Positions 50,301 to 63,570 of a stretch of DNA of 64,000 nt are shown in pieces; within the stretch, counting starts at the first letter, position 1, and each line of letters starts with the position of its first letter. Position numbers and translations under genes: made by a program. The DNA is from Mobula hypostoma (Eukaryota). The notes under the pieces were generated by a model. That model was given only the letters and a program-made list of their open reading frames with translations. It was not told where the DNA came from and did no database searches. The stretch is from contig NC_086108.1 of assembly GCF_963921235.1 (NCBI RefSeq), positions 69,256,001 through 69,320,000 on the forward strand, in the 5' to 3' direction.

Positions 50301-53300
50301 TGTTTAATATCAATATCACTGCCCAATGGAGGGCACTGAACAGTGAGATATTTAAAAGAAAACAAAGGACCACATCAGGTTCTGCCCTGACCTCTACATC
50401 TGTGAAGTTAGCATGTTTTCCCTGTGATAGTATAAATTTTCTCCAGTGCTCCAAATTCCTCCCATATCACAAAGATGGGTTGGTTAGTAGGTTAATTGGT
50501 TGGGTGAGTGTCAATGAATGGCAAAAGAATCATCTTGTGCCTATGAATCATCTACACATCCACTATTATTGCTAAAATTGTCCAGTACTTTGGAGTTGTC
50601 ACTGGCAGTACTGATTGTTCTCTGATGGCAGACTCCAAAGAGGCCTATGTAACTCCATTTGGCCTCATGACATGGACTGAGGTAATTGCTCTGAAAGCTA
50701 GCAATGGGCTGAATGACCTCTATGCCATAAGGAGATACCATATTGTTCTGATCCTAATAATCCTTAACTGATACAACTGCAAATGTTCACATATGGGCCA
50801 TTTGATGAGCACCAATAAGATTTACAAATTGAAAAGACAACTTTGATTAGATGAATTCAAGATGATACAGGTATTGTTACGTGTGAGAAGTGACAAAGAA
50901 GATTAAGGTTCATATTTTTGCCAAGGTTTCTCACTGATAATAATGATATTTTGAGACAGGATCTTTTTAATGATCAATTCCAGTGTGTCACTTTCATCCT
51001 TGGGCATTCCACTGTGAATGTAGGTTGACTGTAATTAGTCCTTTAAAAGTCATTGCTTCTGAGCAATCAGCATTAGCAAAAGTTAGTTAAACTGTAAGTG
51101 AAGAGTAGCTGGCACTTGTCTGATCTGTGTGGTTGAAAATCTTGCAGGTGATGAATCTTGGACATTCACTTTATTTCAGGTTGCAATCAATTTTGTAACG
51201 GATCTTTTGGATTAAAGCAATACTTAAGTAGCTGGGGTTCTCATTAGGGTAGTTATTAAACTCTTCTTGATTGAACAGAATAATTAGCCCAAGCACTGAT
51301 TTGAAGTGCTGACAATGTTAACAATATGGGCAAAGATTCCCAGAAATGTACAACGTTGCTTCATCTGTCTTCTTGGGACTTTCAACAGAATAGCATTACT
51401 TTGGGAGAGTGATAAGAACAATATGCCATACGACATTTAATGCTTTATTTTGTCAGTTTACTGACAAGAGATAGAAGAAACATTTCTCTGATTTTCACCA
51501 TCCACTAGTGTTTAATTTATTCTGTCACTGATCTCGCTGCTTGTTTTCCATTGTTTCTCTAGATAGCTATAGTGGCAGTATTTAGTGACAGGATAAAAGA
51601 AAATGTAGCTGTTTCCCCAGTCACCAATCTTTTCAGCCTCCAAGTATCTCCTTCAACATACACATTGGTTTGTTGCCACTATGTTCTGGATTACTGTGTT
51701 ACAATGCTGGAACATGAATGAAGGACCTGTGGCCAAATCGTCGTCATCATCATGAATTATGCTATTTCTTTTCTTGATGCTCCCAATGAGGTACCTCAAT
51801 CATCTACTTCTTAGCCATCTCATAAGATTTAAGTAATGATGGGATAGCAGTATCTGAGAAACTCAAATTTCTCTGACTTTAGCTTTTACAGTAAAAGAAC
51901 CATATAGAAAGCCTACTTTTAGCAACATTTGCAGGAAGTTTTGATGGTGGATTTTCATTGGATCTTGTATGTTTTATGATGGCTTGGCATTCATTAGGAT
52001 CCTTAATTTTATATTTATTTATTTTTCTATTGTTTTCCCAATACTTCCCTTCAAAAGAGTGCTCCATTCTAGTTTACTGATCATTTGTCACTTGATAGCT
52101 TTGTATGTTACCTCCAATAAGAAAGTCTACAACTCATTTAGTTTCGGAAAATAGGCTAAGGACTGCAGGTATAGGTCAACAAACAAGCATTCCATCCCAA
52201 TTCCCCTCCTATGATGAGAAATATCCATCTTATGCTTTTTTTTGGACAGAGATTTTGCTCCTACTTGAACAATTTTAATTGCTTCTTTCCAAAATGTCAG
52301 TTTGTCTCAGTAGAATCATTCCTACTTCTGAGTCCAAGGGTAGTTGTTTCAGCTCCATTCCAACATCAGCAAGTTATTGAATACCTGAAGATCATTACAT
52401 TGTTCCATACATCATGCTTCAAATAAGATGATATCCTGTTCTTAGGACTAAGGCTACTTCCTCACTCAGTGCTACCAAAAGCATATTAAAAACCATATAT
52501 CATGGCTATCTATAGCACTACTGTGTATAAATTGACTGCTTACTTTCATGATGATTAAAAATAAAACTGTATTTTGTTGGTTGTGAAGTGATTTTGAAAT
52601 GTTCTGATAATGTAGGTTCCTTCTCTCCCACCATCTCCTCTCCTCTGTCATGGCTCAGATGAAAGCACTCACACCAGAAACTTGAGCAAAAACAAAAGGA
52701 GTAAGACTCTGGTAGTGCAGGGAGGGCTGCAATGCCAGATGAGGGGTTGCTCTGGTGGTATATTAAAATCCAGAATTGCTGCATGCACTTTCAGGTGACA
52801 TAAAACATTACCTTATAGAGTCATTGGATAATTCAGCACAGCCATAGGCCCTTTGATCCGATGAGTGCCCACGCTGTTCCCACGTACCACAGCCATGTTG
52901 CAAGCTCTGTACTAACTTTACAGTGTACTGCTAACTTCTGCAATTTCTTTCGCATTTCTTGTTCAAGAAGCTGATAGTCGCATCAGATATGATCGACTAA
53001 CTCAGGAAGATGGCCTTTATTCACAATGCGCCGCTTTTTCTACACTGGGAACCCCTGCTTCCACAGTCTATGGGATGCTCATTATTTTTGCCTGAGTTAC
53101 CCCAACCACAAACTGTTTGAGCTGCTACCATCCAGGAAACGCTACCACAGCATTAAAGCCAGGACCAATCGGCTTCAGATCAGCTTCTTCCACCAGACCA
53201 TCTGACTGATTAATTCACGCTGACACAATTGTATTTCTAAGCTATATTGACAGTTCTGTTGTATATCTTGCAGTACATACTATAAATTACTATAATTTGC

Positions 53301-53518
53301 ACATTGCACATTCAAACTGAGACATAATGTAAGGAGTTTTACTCCTCACCTATGTGAAGGATGTAAGAAATAAAGTCCATTCAATTCAATTCTTGTGTTC
53401 AACCCATACCCCTCCAAGCCCTGAACCATTCCGTGCCCCTCCATGTACCTATCCAAGTACTTTTTAAATGACACCATTGTACTTGCCTCAACCACTTCTT
53501 CTGTCAGCTCATTCCATA

Positions 53519-54204
53519 TGAGGGGTGATTGATAAGTTTGTGGCCTAAGGTAGAGAAAGATGTGTTATGTGGCTCTTGTTACACGCACACAAAGTTCAAC
53601 CCTTTGAGTGATTATGCAGAAAGTTTGAAGTTAATAACTCATCAGGGGCAATTGATAAGTTCGTGGCCTCAGGTCGAAGGAGATGAGTTATTAACCTCAA
53701 ACTTTCTGCATAATCACTGAAAGAGTTGAACTGCATGTGCATATAACGAGAGCTGTATAACTCATCTCCTTCTACCTATGGAATTTGTTGCCACGGGCAG
53801 CAGTGGAGGCCAAGTCATTGGGTGTATTTAAGGCAGAGATTGATAGGTATCTGAGTAGCCAGGGCATCAAAGGTTATGGTGAGAAGGCGGGGCAGTGGGA
53901 CTAAATAGGATAAAATGGATCAGTTCATGATAAAATGGCGGAGCAGACTCGATGGGCCGAATGGCCTACTTCTGCTCCTTTGTCTTATGGTCTTATGGTC
54001 TTATGGTCTCCTTCTACCTTAGGTTACAAACTTATCAATCACCCCTGCTGTGGACGCTTTCTGGAGGTCCAAGATCTGTATGCTCCACGACTGCTGGACT
54101 AAGTATGTAAATGTAGGAGGGGACTTTATTGAAAAATAAATGCGCTAGGTTTTCTCAAATTGACTCCTTCTACCTTAGGCCACGAACTTATCAATCGCCT
54201 CTCG
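53519..54204. mobile_element. Mariner-like MITE with nested TIR copies, inserted in a CR1
   Basis: TIR (t/c)gaggggtgattgataagtt(t/c)gtggcctaaggtaga, TA TSD, internal TIR-like copies near 53643 and 53760-54047. Confidence 0.8.
53778..54007 (+). mobile_element. Young CR1 3' fragment inside the MITE
   Basis: (tcttatgg)n tail and TSD ctccttctacct on both sides. Confidence 0.85.
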
Positions 54205-56272
54205 TATTTTGCCCCTTAGGTCCCTTGTAAATCTTTTTCTTCTCATCCTAAATCTATATTCAATATTTTTGGAGTCCCTTACTCTGGGGAAAGGACTGTT
54301 GATGGTACCTCCAGTGTGGCTGACCTCTCCCTATAAATCAGACTCTTTAGTCCTGGTAAAATCATCGTAAACCTTCTCTGTACTCCTTCCAGTTTAACTA
54401 TGTCTTTCGTATAACTGGGTGACCAATCTGAACAGTACTCAATGCGTGGCCTAATCAACAACATGTACAACTGCACATAATGGCTCAACTCCTTTACTCA
54501 GTGTCCTGTCTGCTGAAGGTCTGCATGCTAAACACATTTCTCATCCAACCTGTCTATTTGTGATGCCACATTCAACAATCTAACCACTTGAACTCATAGG
54601 CCCCTCTGTTACATTACACTCCCTTACGCCCTACTATTCATAGTATTAGCCCTGAGTTGGTTTGACTTTCCAAAATGCATTACCTTACGCTTATCTGTAT
54701 TGAAGTCCACTTGCCACTCCTTGGCCCACTTGCCTAACTGATCAAGATTCCCTTGTAATCTATGATCATTTTCTTCACTCTCAATAACAATTCCTAATTT
54801 TGTTTAATCCACAAATTTACCTATCAAACGTTGAGCATTGGCATCGGAATTATTGACATACATAACAAATAACAAGTGTCTCAACATCAAGCTCTGTGAC
54901 ACCAGTGACTGTACTGCCTTCCCCTTCCCACCCTCTGCTTTCTACCTAACTAGTTCTCCATGGATTCTGTGGGGCCAACCTTTCCAGACCAGCCTACTAT
55001 GCAGAAACCCAGCATTAGTTTGAGAAAGAGGAAGGGAATCAACACAAGCCAATCTTTTATCTATCAACAAACATCACCAAAAAGCACACCATCCTGCCAT
55101 GTTACAAAGCAATTTGTTGGAGCTTATTGCATACAATTAAGCTACCAACTTTCCTGCAGTTTAATAGTGTCTATATTTTTAAAAGTTGGTGGTTCAAAAG
55201 CACTTGGCATATCCTGGGATTTTAAAAAGCATAACCTATATGAAGGATTTTCTTCCAAGCTTCATATAGATTCAGCAAAGACTTTTCTTTTTAATCAATG
55301 GCACTAAATGCTATAGTGAGATCATCAGTTATCACTTCAGTTGAAGGCAACAAACAAAAAAATGATGTGTACACCATAGTTTTTCCAACCACATAGTGCC
55401 AGCATTGATAGTTTTTTTGCCATAACTTTTCTTTAAACTTCTTTATTTTTGAGGTAAATAATTCATTGCAAAAATAACAAAATGCTCATTTGAAAAAGAC
55501 ACATTTTGTAGTGTGGAGATACAGCATGAGTTGTAAATTTCTGAAAACTGTTCCACTGTTTTGTCTGTCAACCTTGTGATCCTCCATATGACTGCCAGGA
55601 AATTCAGTGCCGGAAAATCGGTGCTGTTATTTAACTTTCTCATTGCCTTTAACTTTAAAACTAGCTACCAATCATAAAATTTTGAATGAAATCTACATAA
55701 AATTAGTGCAAATCATATTCGGAAATCTATATTAGGAAGTTGATCTTTCAGTGCATTGGGCAGACAGTCAAATGATAAAACTGAAAGCATAAACAGCACA
55801 GATTGATAAGTACGAAACTAGACAAATATGACACCAATAATATGCTGTTTGGAAACTGGCAGGCAAATATAATCATTTCTTATCAGCATATGTGATCTCC
55901 TGCAACTTGCTATTCTTTGAATAGCTGTCATAGTCTTCAAGTCATGAATTTAAGAAACAAAAACAAAACCTTCTCAGTAAACTATCTTAATCATTTCTTT
56001 GCTCTATGTTCCATTGGTTAAAACACTGAATAATGTCTTGCAGATAATTTAATGATCTATTAATAATCCTCAAGCAGCCAATTCAGCACTATGTTAAATT
56101 TAATTGGTTAAGAAGATAAACATTATTTTTAAAAAACCTAGATGCCCTGCTGATCTTACTAAATGGCTCTCATTTTGCAATTACAGCAATTTGTAATGGA
56201 AAATTAATTGAAGCTGCAGCATAAAGATCTCTAACCAAGATACCTAGCTCCAGAAAATTCTGAGATAATATG

Positions 56273-57839
56273 CAGTGCCTGTTGAATGTTTTCATGTTTT
56301 ATTATTTTACAACATTGAATCACAGTGGATTTAATTTGGCTTTTTTTAGACATTGGTCAACAGAAAAAGACTCTTTTGTGTCAAGGTGAAAACAGATCTC
56401 TACAAAATCATCTATATGAATTACAAATATAAAACACAGAATAATTGATTGATAAGTATTCACCCCTTCAAGTCAGTATTTTGTAGATGCACCTTTGGCA
56501 GCAGATACAGCCTTGAGTCTGTGTGGATAGGTCTCTATCAGCTTTGCACATCTGGACACTGTAATTTTTCCCCATTCTTCTTTACAAAACTGCTCAAGCT
56601 CTGTCAGATTGCATGGAGATTGTGAGTGAACAGCCCTTTTCAAGTCTAGCCACAAGCTCTCAATTGGATTGAGGTCTGGACTCTAACTTGGTCACTCTAG
56701 GACATTAACTTTGTTGTTTTTAAGCCATTCCTGTGTAGCTTTAGCTTTAAGCTTGGGGTCATTGTCTTACTGGAAAACAAATCTCTCCTACGGTACATTT
56801 CCCTTGCAGACTGCATCAGGTTTTCCTCCAGGATTTCCCTGTATTTTGCTGCATTCATTTTACTCTCTACCTTCACACAGCGTGATGCAGTCTCCACCAC
56901 ACTTCACAGTAGGGATGGTATGTTTATGATGATGTGTGGTTTGGCCTATGCTAAACATAGGGTATAGTCTGATGGCCAAAAAGCTCAATTTTAGTTTCAT
57001 CAGACCATAGAACTGATTTCAGCATCTCCCACATGGTTTCTGGAAAATTCTAGTTGAGATTTCATGTGAGTACTTTTTCCAACAGTGGCTTTCTCTTTGC
57101 CACTCTCCCGTAAAGCTGTGACTGGTGAAATACCTGGGCAACAGTTGTTCTATGTGCAGTCTCTCCCATCTCAGCCACTGAAACTCCCCCAGAGTTGTCA
57201 TAAGTCTCTTGGTGGCCTCCCTCACTAGTCCTTTTCTTGCATGGTCACTCAGTTTTTGAGGATAGCCTGCTCTAGGCAGATTTACAGCTGTGACATATTC
57301 TTCCCTTTTCTTGATGATTGACTTAACTGTACTCCAAGGGATATTCAGTGACTTGGAAATTTTCACGTACCCATCTCCTGACTTGTGCTTTTCAATAACC
57401 TTTCTGTGGAGTTGCTTGGAGTGTTATTTTGTCTTCCTGGTGTAGATTTTGCCAGGATACTGACACACCAGCAGTTGGACCTCCCAGACGCAGGTGTATT
57501 TTTACTACAATCAATTGAAACACCTTGACTGCACACAGGTCTCCAAAAACAGATCTCCATTTAACTAATTATGTGACTTCTAAAACCAACTGGCTGCACC
57601 AGTGATGATTTGCTGTGTCATACTAAGGGGGTGAATACTTAACGCAATCTATTATTTTGTGTTCTATACTTGTAATTAATTTAGATCACTTTGTAGAGAT
57701 CTGTTTTCACTTTAACATGAAAGAGTCTTTTTCTGTTGAACAGTGTCAAAAAAGCCAAATTAAATCGACTGTGGTTCAATGTTCTAAAACAATGAAACAT
57801 GAAAAATTCCAAGAGGGTGAATACTTCTTATAGGCACTG
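56273..57839 (-). mobile_element. Tc1-like DNA transposon with ~200-bp inverted repeats, defective
   Basis: CAGTGCCT...AGGCACTG termini and long IRs. Transposase remnants ISKSLNIPWSTVKSIIKK, SPDLNPIE, WLDLKRAV. Confidence 0.92.
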
Positions 57840-58539
57840 TATCTGCCTTACTTTCTCAGCCTTAATTTAACCACACTTTTATTTATTTCTGTCTCCCTGG
57901 AATGGAGATCTGATTTAACTTTATTTGCATAATAAAAACTAGATACTGGCCAGCTAAAATGGTTAATTCCTGCTAGAAAGAAGCTAATTAACAATTGTTC
58001 CAAAGGCAAACATATTTTTCTAAATAGATCAGAAACTTTCCTCAGTGGGACCAGACATGCTTCTCTGCACACTGAAAGTGACATGCTCCATAACTCCATA
58101 ATTCTTCCGCTAATACGTTTATTACCACAGAATAAATGATGCATTTCAGCTGGAACTGATAATTCTGTTCTTAATCAAGAAATCCATTATCATCAGAGTA
58201 AATGAAATCAACAACCCTTAGCTTGATATTGGAATTCAAAGTTAACTTATCAAAGTACATGTATGTCACCATATACAACCCTGAGGTTAATCTTCTTGCA
58301 GGCATGCTTAGTAAATCCAAGAAAGATAATAGAATCAATGAAAGACCGCACCCAACAGGACAGACAAGCATCCAATGTGCAAATTCAAAAATAGATAGAT
58401 AAGTAAATAAGCAATAAAGATCGAGAACATTGGATGAAGCATTCTTGAAAGCAGGGGTGCAGTGCTAATTTTTGAGGTGCCGGAGCCGACAAAATGCTTG
58501 CCATTTCCTAAATCCTCTCTCTCTCTCACTATATATATA

Positions 58540-58618
58540 TGTCACACCCAATTTGTGTACCTGCTCATTTCATGTACTGGACAACTTCCTTGAGCAGGTA
58601 CACAAATTGGGTGTGACA
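58540..58618. repeat. 79-bp perfect-TIR mini-element in a (TA)n tract
   Basis: 28-bp perfect inverted arms tgtcacacccaatttgtgtacctgctca with a 23-nt spacer. Confidence 0.85.
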
Positions 58619-58864
58619 TATATATATGAGTAGGGCTTCTTATAATGTCAAGCACTAAACCAAGATGAAAGAAATATATGCATTCCAGAGCTCCACAGAA
58701 ATATAGTGATAGTTAAGACATTAACAAGATTTTAGCCTATCACTACATTTCAGTGTATAACTGGTACAATAAAACATAAAACTTAATTTAATAAAATGAC
58801 AAAGTATTACACAGTTGCACTCACTAATATCATAAAATATAATTATCAAGCAAGTAAAGAAAAA

Positions 58865-58995
58865 GATGAAGACAGCAGCCAGAGAACTGGAAATGAATAC
58901 CAATGAATTGATCCACTTGACCCGAAACAGGAGTGTGTGGGCCATGGCAGTCAAAGCTCAAACTGGGCATAGCACCTGATGATGATGATGATGAA
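58865..58995 (+). mobile_element. RTE-type 3' end fragment inside the hAT
   Basis: (gat)n tail. Confidence 0.5.
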
Positions 58996-60929
58996 AGAAA
59001 AAGACGGTAATCATGTATTTTACCAATTTGAAAGTAATCACCTACCTGCCAATTGTCACCAATGAGAAGCTTCACAATAATTTCCTCAAAGGGTCAGGCG
59101 TAAAATGTGTATGGGGGTCTGAAGCAACTCTTTTCCTGGTGTCATCTGCTGATCTGTGGTGCCACAGCCATGATGTGACATACAGCTCAAGATTCCACTG
59201 AACTAGAGGAGGTCCGTGTAGTTTAACAAACATAAGTGCTGATACATGAGTTATGAGAATTCTTGAGCGTGTTGTTGTTATTATCAAGTTCATGTGACTG
59301 AATCCTCTCTCACACTCAGCAGTACTAATAGGAATAACTTGTGAGCAGCTCATTAATGGGCGTAAACCTTGGGGGATGCGGCGTCCATTATCCTCCACAT
59401 AATCTCTGAAGGCATTTATTACAGAGGAAGAAGAAAGCTTAAACCTCTTACAGAGAGATGATATTGCAGCTTCTCCATAATTAGGCGGTATTTCAGCAGG
59501 CCAGTTATCTTTATCAAGGAAACACATTTCATTTAGCAGGGATTTATACATACTTTGAGGTTTAGAAGTTTGAGAACCTTTCAAGAATGTTGCCGTGAAC
59601 ATACAGTGCTGCAAATTGTTTATAAGACTAGTAAGAAACTGTAGATAATTAATGGAGACAATTTTGTTGTTGCTTGTTAAGGTAATTTCTCCAAACTTCC
59701 CCTTTTCAACTGCCTCTTGAACTTCTAGAGTTTTTGTACCAGGTTGCTGTTTCAGTCCACGCAGTGATATTATACTCTGTTGGATCAGTTTGTCTGCATA
59801 AACAATCGTAGTAGTGCGATTCTGTGAATACTCTGACAGTGAACCAAGTTCATGCAACGTGTCATACATTAGAGCTAAGTCCAATAGAAACTGTTCTGAA
59901 GAAAGTCTTTTCAACAGACCTTCATAGGTATTTCTGTCACTCCCAGATCTCGTTTCATCCTTTATTGCTGTTTCAAAATGAAAAAACAGTGTTTCATAAT
60001 TTTGCCACACCGCTGAAACTGTTCGAAATGAGCTAGCTACCCACCTGTGCCCAGAACACGGCCTATTTTGCAAATCTGTTGTTCTAGTTGAGAGGCACTT
60101 TCAGACAGTTCCTTTTGATTTAGAGGTGATCTACTGTAAACAGAGTACAATTTGTCCATAAATGATTGAAAATGATTTATTCCATGAACTCTCTCACCGA
60201 ATCACCTACTGCAAGTTCTAATCTGTGATTAAGACAGTGCCAAATTATCATGTCAGGGTAATGTTCCTTGAGAATTGTAGCAACACCAGATTTGACACCA
60301 AGCATTACGCTCGCCCCATCACTAGCAAATGCTACAAGGTTCTGTTTCAAGTAAGAGGCATCAAATCCATGGTTATTGAGACAGTTCAATAGATGCTTTG
60401 CAATATTTGCTGCTTTCTGATCAGGCAGTTCAATTAGATCTAAAAACATAAAATGGGGATCACCTTCCTTATCACTCTCACATTTGAAATAAACTATTAG
60501 GGCGGTCTTAATGCTCAGGCTTGTTGATTCATCAATGAGAACAGAAAACTTGCCATGTATCTACTTGATATGCTGGAAAATTTTCTTTTTCACATTAATG
60601 GCTATGTGATTAATTATCTCTGCAGCACTAGTGCGGGAATGCAGTCCAATTCCAATGTCAATACCATTTTGTTTTGAAGTTCCAGTAAGCCAAAGTGATC
60701 AGAGTATGATCATTCTGAGCTAAATAATATGCAGAATGAAAAATTGAACAGGTTGCCTTTAATTGTGAAGCTTTCATGGTGTCACATAATTTTCCAAGAG
60801 CATCTTCACTAGCTATATTTTCAACACTTAGAGCATCAGTGTGAGCTTTTGATAGTTTGTGATCAACAATTTTTTTCTGAGAGACTTCAAGTGTGTACTT
60901 TGATTGGCTCCATAATAGGATACTTGGTA

Positions 60930-61378
60930 CATCTGCCATGCCAATTCTCCGATGATCTTTAAGTTCTTGAGACTGTAGAGCTTTACGTAGCTAGCCAACC
61001 ATCCCTTATTAGCCTTAAATTCCTTCCTCTCGCTCTCCTCAACCCCCTCACAGTAGTGCTCATAGAGGCCAAGTGCTTTTTCACACATAATTGTGCCATC
61101 AACAGGGATATGCTTCTGTGACATGCCACACACTTAATGCTTTCTCAGTCTTTGCAAGCACTTTATCATGAACCAGAGAGACCATTTTTGCCTTTGTAGG
61201 GGTAGTACTAACACTTGCACGAATTTCAGCTTCATTCTGCTTTATTGTGTGAATGCTCGATTCATTCTTAGCGACCTTACAGCCCACTTCAGCAAGCGAC
61301 ATGCCACTTTTCAAAAGATCTAAGATTTTTATTTTCTCAGCAAACAATGCTCAAATAACGAGTGCTGGAGAGAGACTG
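60930..61378 (-). mobile_element. pogo/Tigger N-terminal (HTH-psq/CENP-B-type) fragment inside the hAT
   Basis: EKIKILDLLKSGMSLAEVG...NESSIHTIKQ and FKANKGWL. Homologous to 30590-30940. Confidence 0.85.
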
Positions 61379-61939
61379 AGGATCTGTGAAATGGCAGGAA
61401 TCTACAGCAGGGTATGCTGGGGCAATGGGTCGAGTGAGCAGGAATTTCACAAAACAGTCACAGCTCCAGGATTTCACCAAAGACGATCAAATATCCTAAT
61501 GTTATTAGTGGTATTTTCCCCACCAGCCACCACCCCCTCTCCTCAACCCCCATTTCCGTAAAATTCCCTCTATTTAATATGCGGCTGCTATTAAAATCCC
61601 CACTTGTTTATTTTGACTTTTTTTTACAGAGGCACCGGAGCACTGCTCCGGTGAGCTCCAGCAGCTCTGCACCCCTGCTTGAAAGTGAGTCCATAGGTTG
61701 TGAGAACAGTTCAGTGATGGGGCGAGTGAAATTATCCTCTCTGGTTCAAGAGCCTAATGGATGGGGGGTAGTAACTGTTCCTGAACCTGGTGGTGAGGGT
61801 CCTGAGGCTCCTGTATCACCTTCCTGTGGCAGCAGTGAGAAGAGAGCATGGCCTGGTTGTGGGGTCCTTAATGATTTTGTTGAAAACATTTTAAGAATAA
61901 TTTTAATGAATAGATATTACAATGATTGGGCTACTACTT

Positions 61940-62690
61940 TGAACAACACACACGAAATGCTGGAAGAACTCATCAAGTCAGGCAGCTTCTATAGCGGGGA
62001 ATAAACTGTCAACATTTCAGGCCAAGAGTCTTCATCTGGATTGGAAAGCAAGTGGCCAGAAGCCAGATTAAGAGGGTGGAAGGAAAGGAAGGAATACAAG
62101 GTGTCAGGTGAGGGGAAGGTGGGTGGGCAAGGGTTGGTAAAGTAAGAAGCTAAGAAGTGATAGGAGGACGATGTAGAGGACTGAAGAAGAAGGAATCTAA
62201 CAGGAGAGGACAGAGGACAGTGGACAGTGGAATAAAGGAAAGAAGGAGGTATGCACAGCTGAGGGAAAGAGAAGAGGAATGAGAAAAGAAAGCAGGGGAG
62301 GAGATGTAATTACCGAAAGCTAGAGAAAGGATGTTTATGCAATCAGGTTGGAGAATGCTCAAACAGAATATGAGTCGCTACTCTCCAATCACAAACAAGA
62401 GAAAATCTGTTGATGCTGGAAATCCAAGCAACACACACAAAATGCTGGAGGAACTCAGCAGGCCAGGCAGCATCCACGGAAAAGAGTACAGTCGATATTT
62501 CGGGGTGAGACCCTTCCGCAGGACTGGAGAAAAAGTAGATTTAAAAGATAGGAGGAAGGGAGAGAGAAACACAAGGTGACAGGTGAAACCTGAAGGTGGA
62601 GGGATGAAGTAAGGAGCTGGGAAGTTGATTGGTGAAAGAGATACAGGTCTGGAGAAGGGGGAATCTGATAGAAGTGGATTCTCCAGCCCT
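61940..62690 (-). mobile_element. Two adjacent Penelope-like pLTR fragments
   Basis: Homologous to 3800-4278, with mutated hammerhead motifs at about 62006-62042 and 62489-62526. Confidence 0.75.
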
Positions 62691-62747
62691 GTATTTGATT
62701 AAAATCTTTAATCATAATATGACATTTTGGAGCACTTCACATACTAT

Positions 62748-63570
62748 AAACTTTGTGAACCCTGTAGAATGTTCTCTATTTCTGCATAAATATGACCTAA
62801 AATGTGATCAGATCTTCACATAAGTCCTAAAACTATATAAGGAGAACCCAATTAAATACCTAACACAAAAAATGATCCAATATTACATGTGTTTGTTGGA
62901 AAAGGTATGTGAACCTCTGGGATAATGCCTTCTACAAAAGCTATTTGGAGTCAGGTGTTCTAATCAATGAGTTGAGATTGAAGGTGTGATTGTAGAGCTG
63001 CCCTGACCTGCAAAAAAGACACACAAAGTCAGGCCACTGATAGAGCCTAGTCTTCTCAAGAAAGATCTGTTTATGTGCATCATACCTCATTCAAAACAAT
63101 TTTCAGAGAACCTTAGAAGAAGCATTGTAGAGATGCATCAAGCTGGAAAATGCTAAAAAGCATTTCTAAAGACCTGAGTGTTCATCAACTCACAGTAAGA
63201 TAAATTGTCTATAAATGGAGGAAATTCAGTACTGTTACTACTTTCCCTAGGAGGGGGCATCCTGCAAAGATCACACCAACAGCACAACGTGCAATGCTGA
63301 AGGAGGTGAAAGGGAACTCAAGAGTAACAGCAAAAGACTTGCAGAAATCTCTAGAGCTTGCTAAAGGCTCTGTTTATATGTCCACTATAAAAAAAAAACA
63401 CTGAACAAGAATGGTGTTCATGGAAGGACACCATGGAGGAAAGCACAGCTCTCCAAAAGAAAACATTGCTGTACATCTCAAATTTGAAAAATACCACCTG
63501 GATGTTCTACAATGTTTCTGGGACAATGTTCTGTGGACAGAAAGGACAAAAGTTGAACTTCTTGGCAGAA
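62748..63570 (+). mobile_element. Second Tc1-like element, 5' half, cut by a CR1 insertion
   Basis: Frameshifted HTH region and FWDNVLWTERTKVELLG. Confidence 0.85.

Larger units (their letters stand above)
58452..61677 (-). mobile_element. hAT DNA transposon, both ends present, defective transposase
   Basis: TIR CAGGGGTGCAG(T/A)GCT and 8-bp TSD cttgaaag. Motifs FSVLIDEST, FASDGASVM, HCLNHRLEL, PISTAECERGFS. It splits a Rex1-like 3' end. Confidence 0.95.

Noticed and set aside
51600..52450. Possibly coding-derived stretch on the minus strand
   Set aside because: No recognisable motif, sustained ORF or convincing splice pair.
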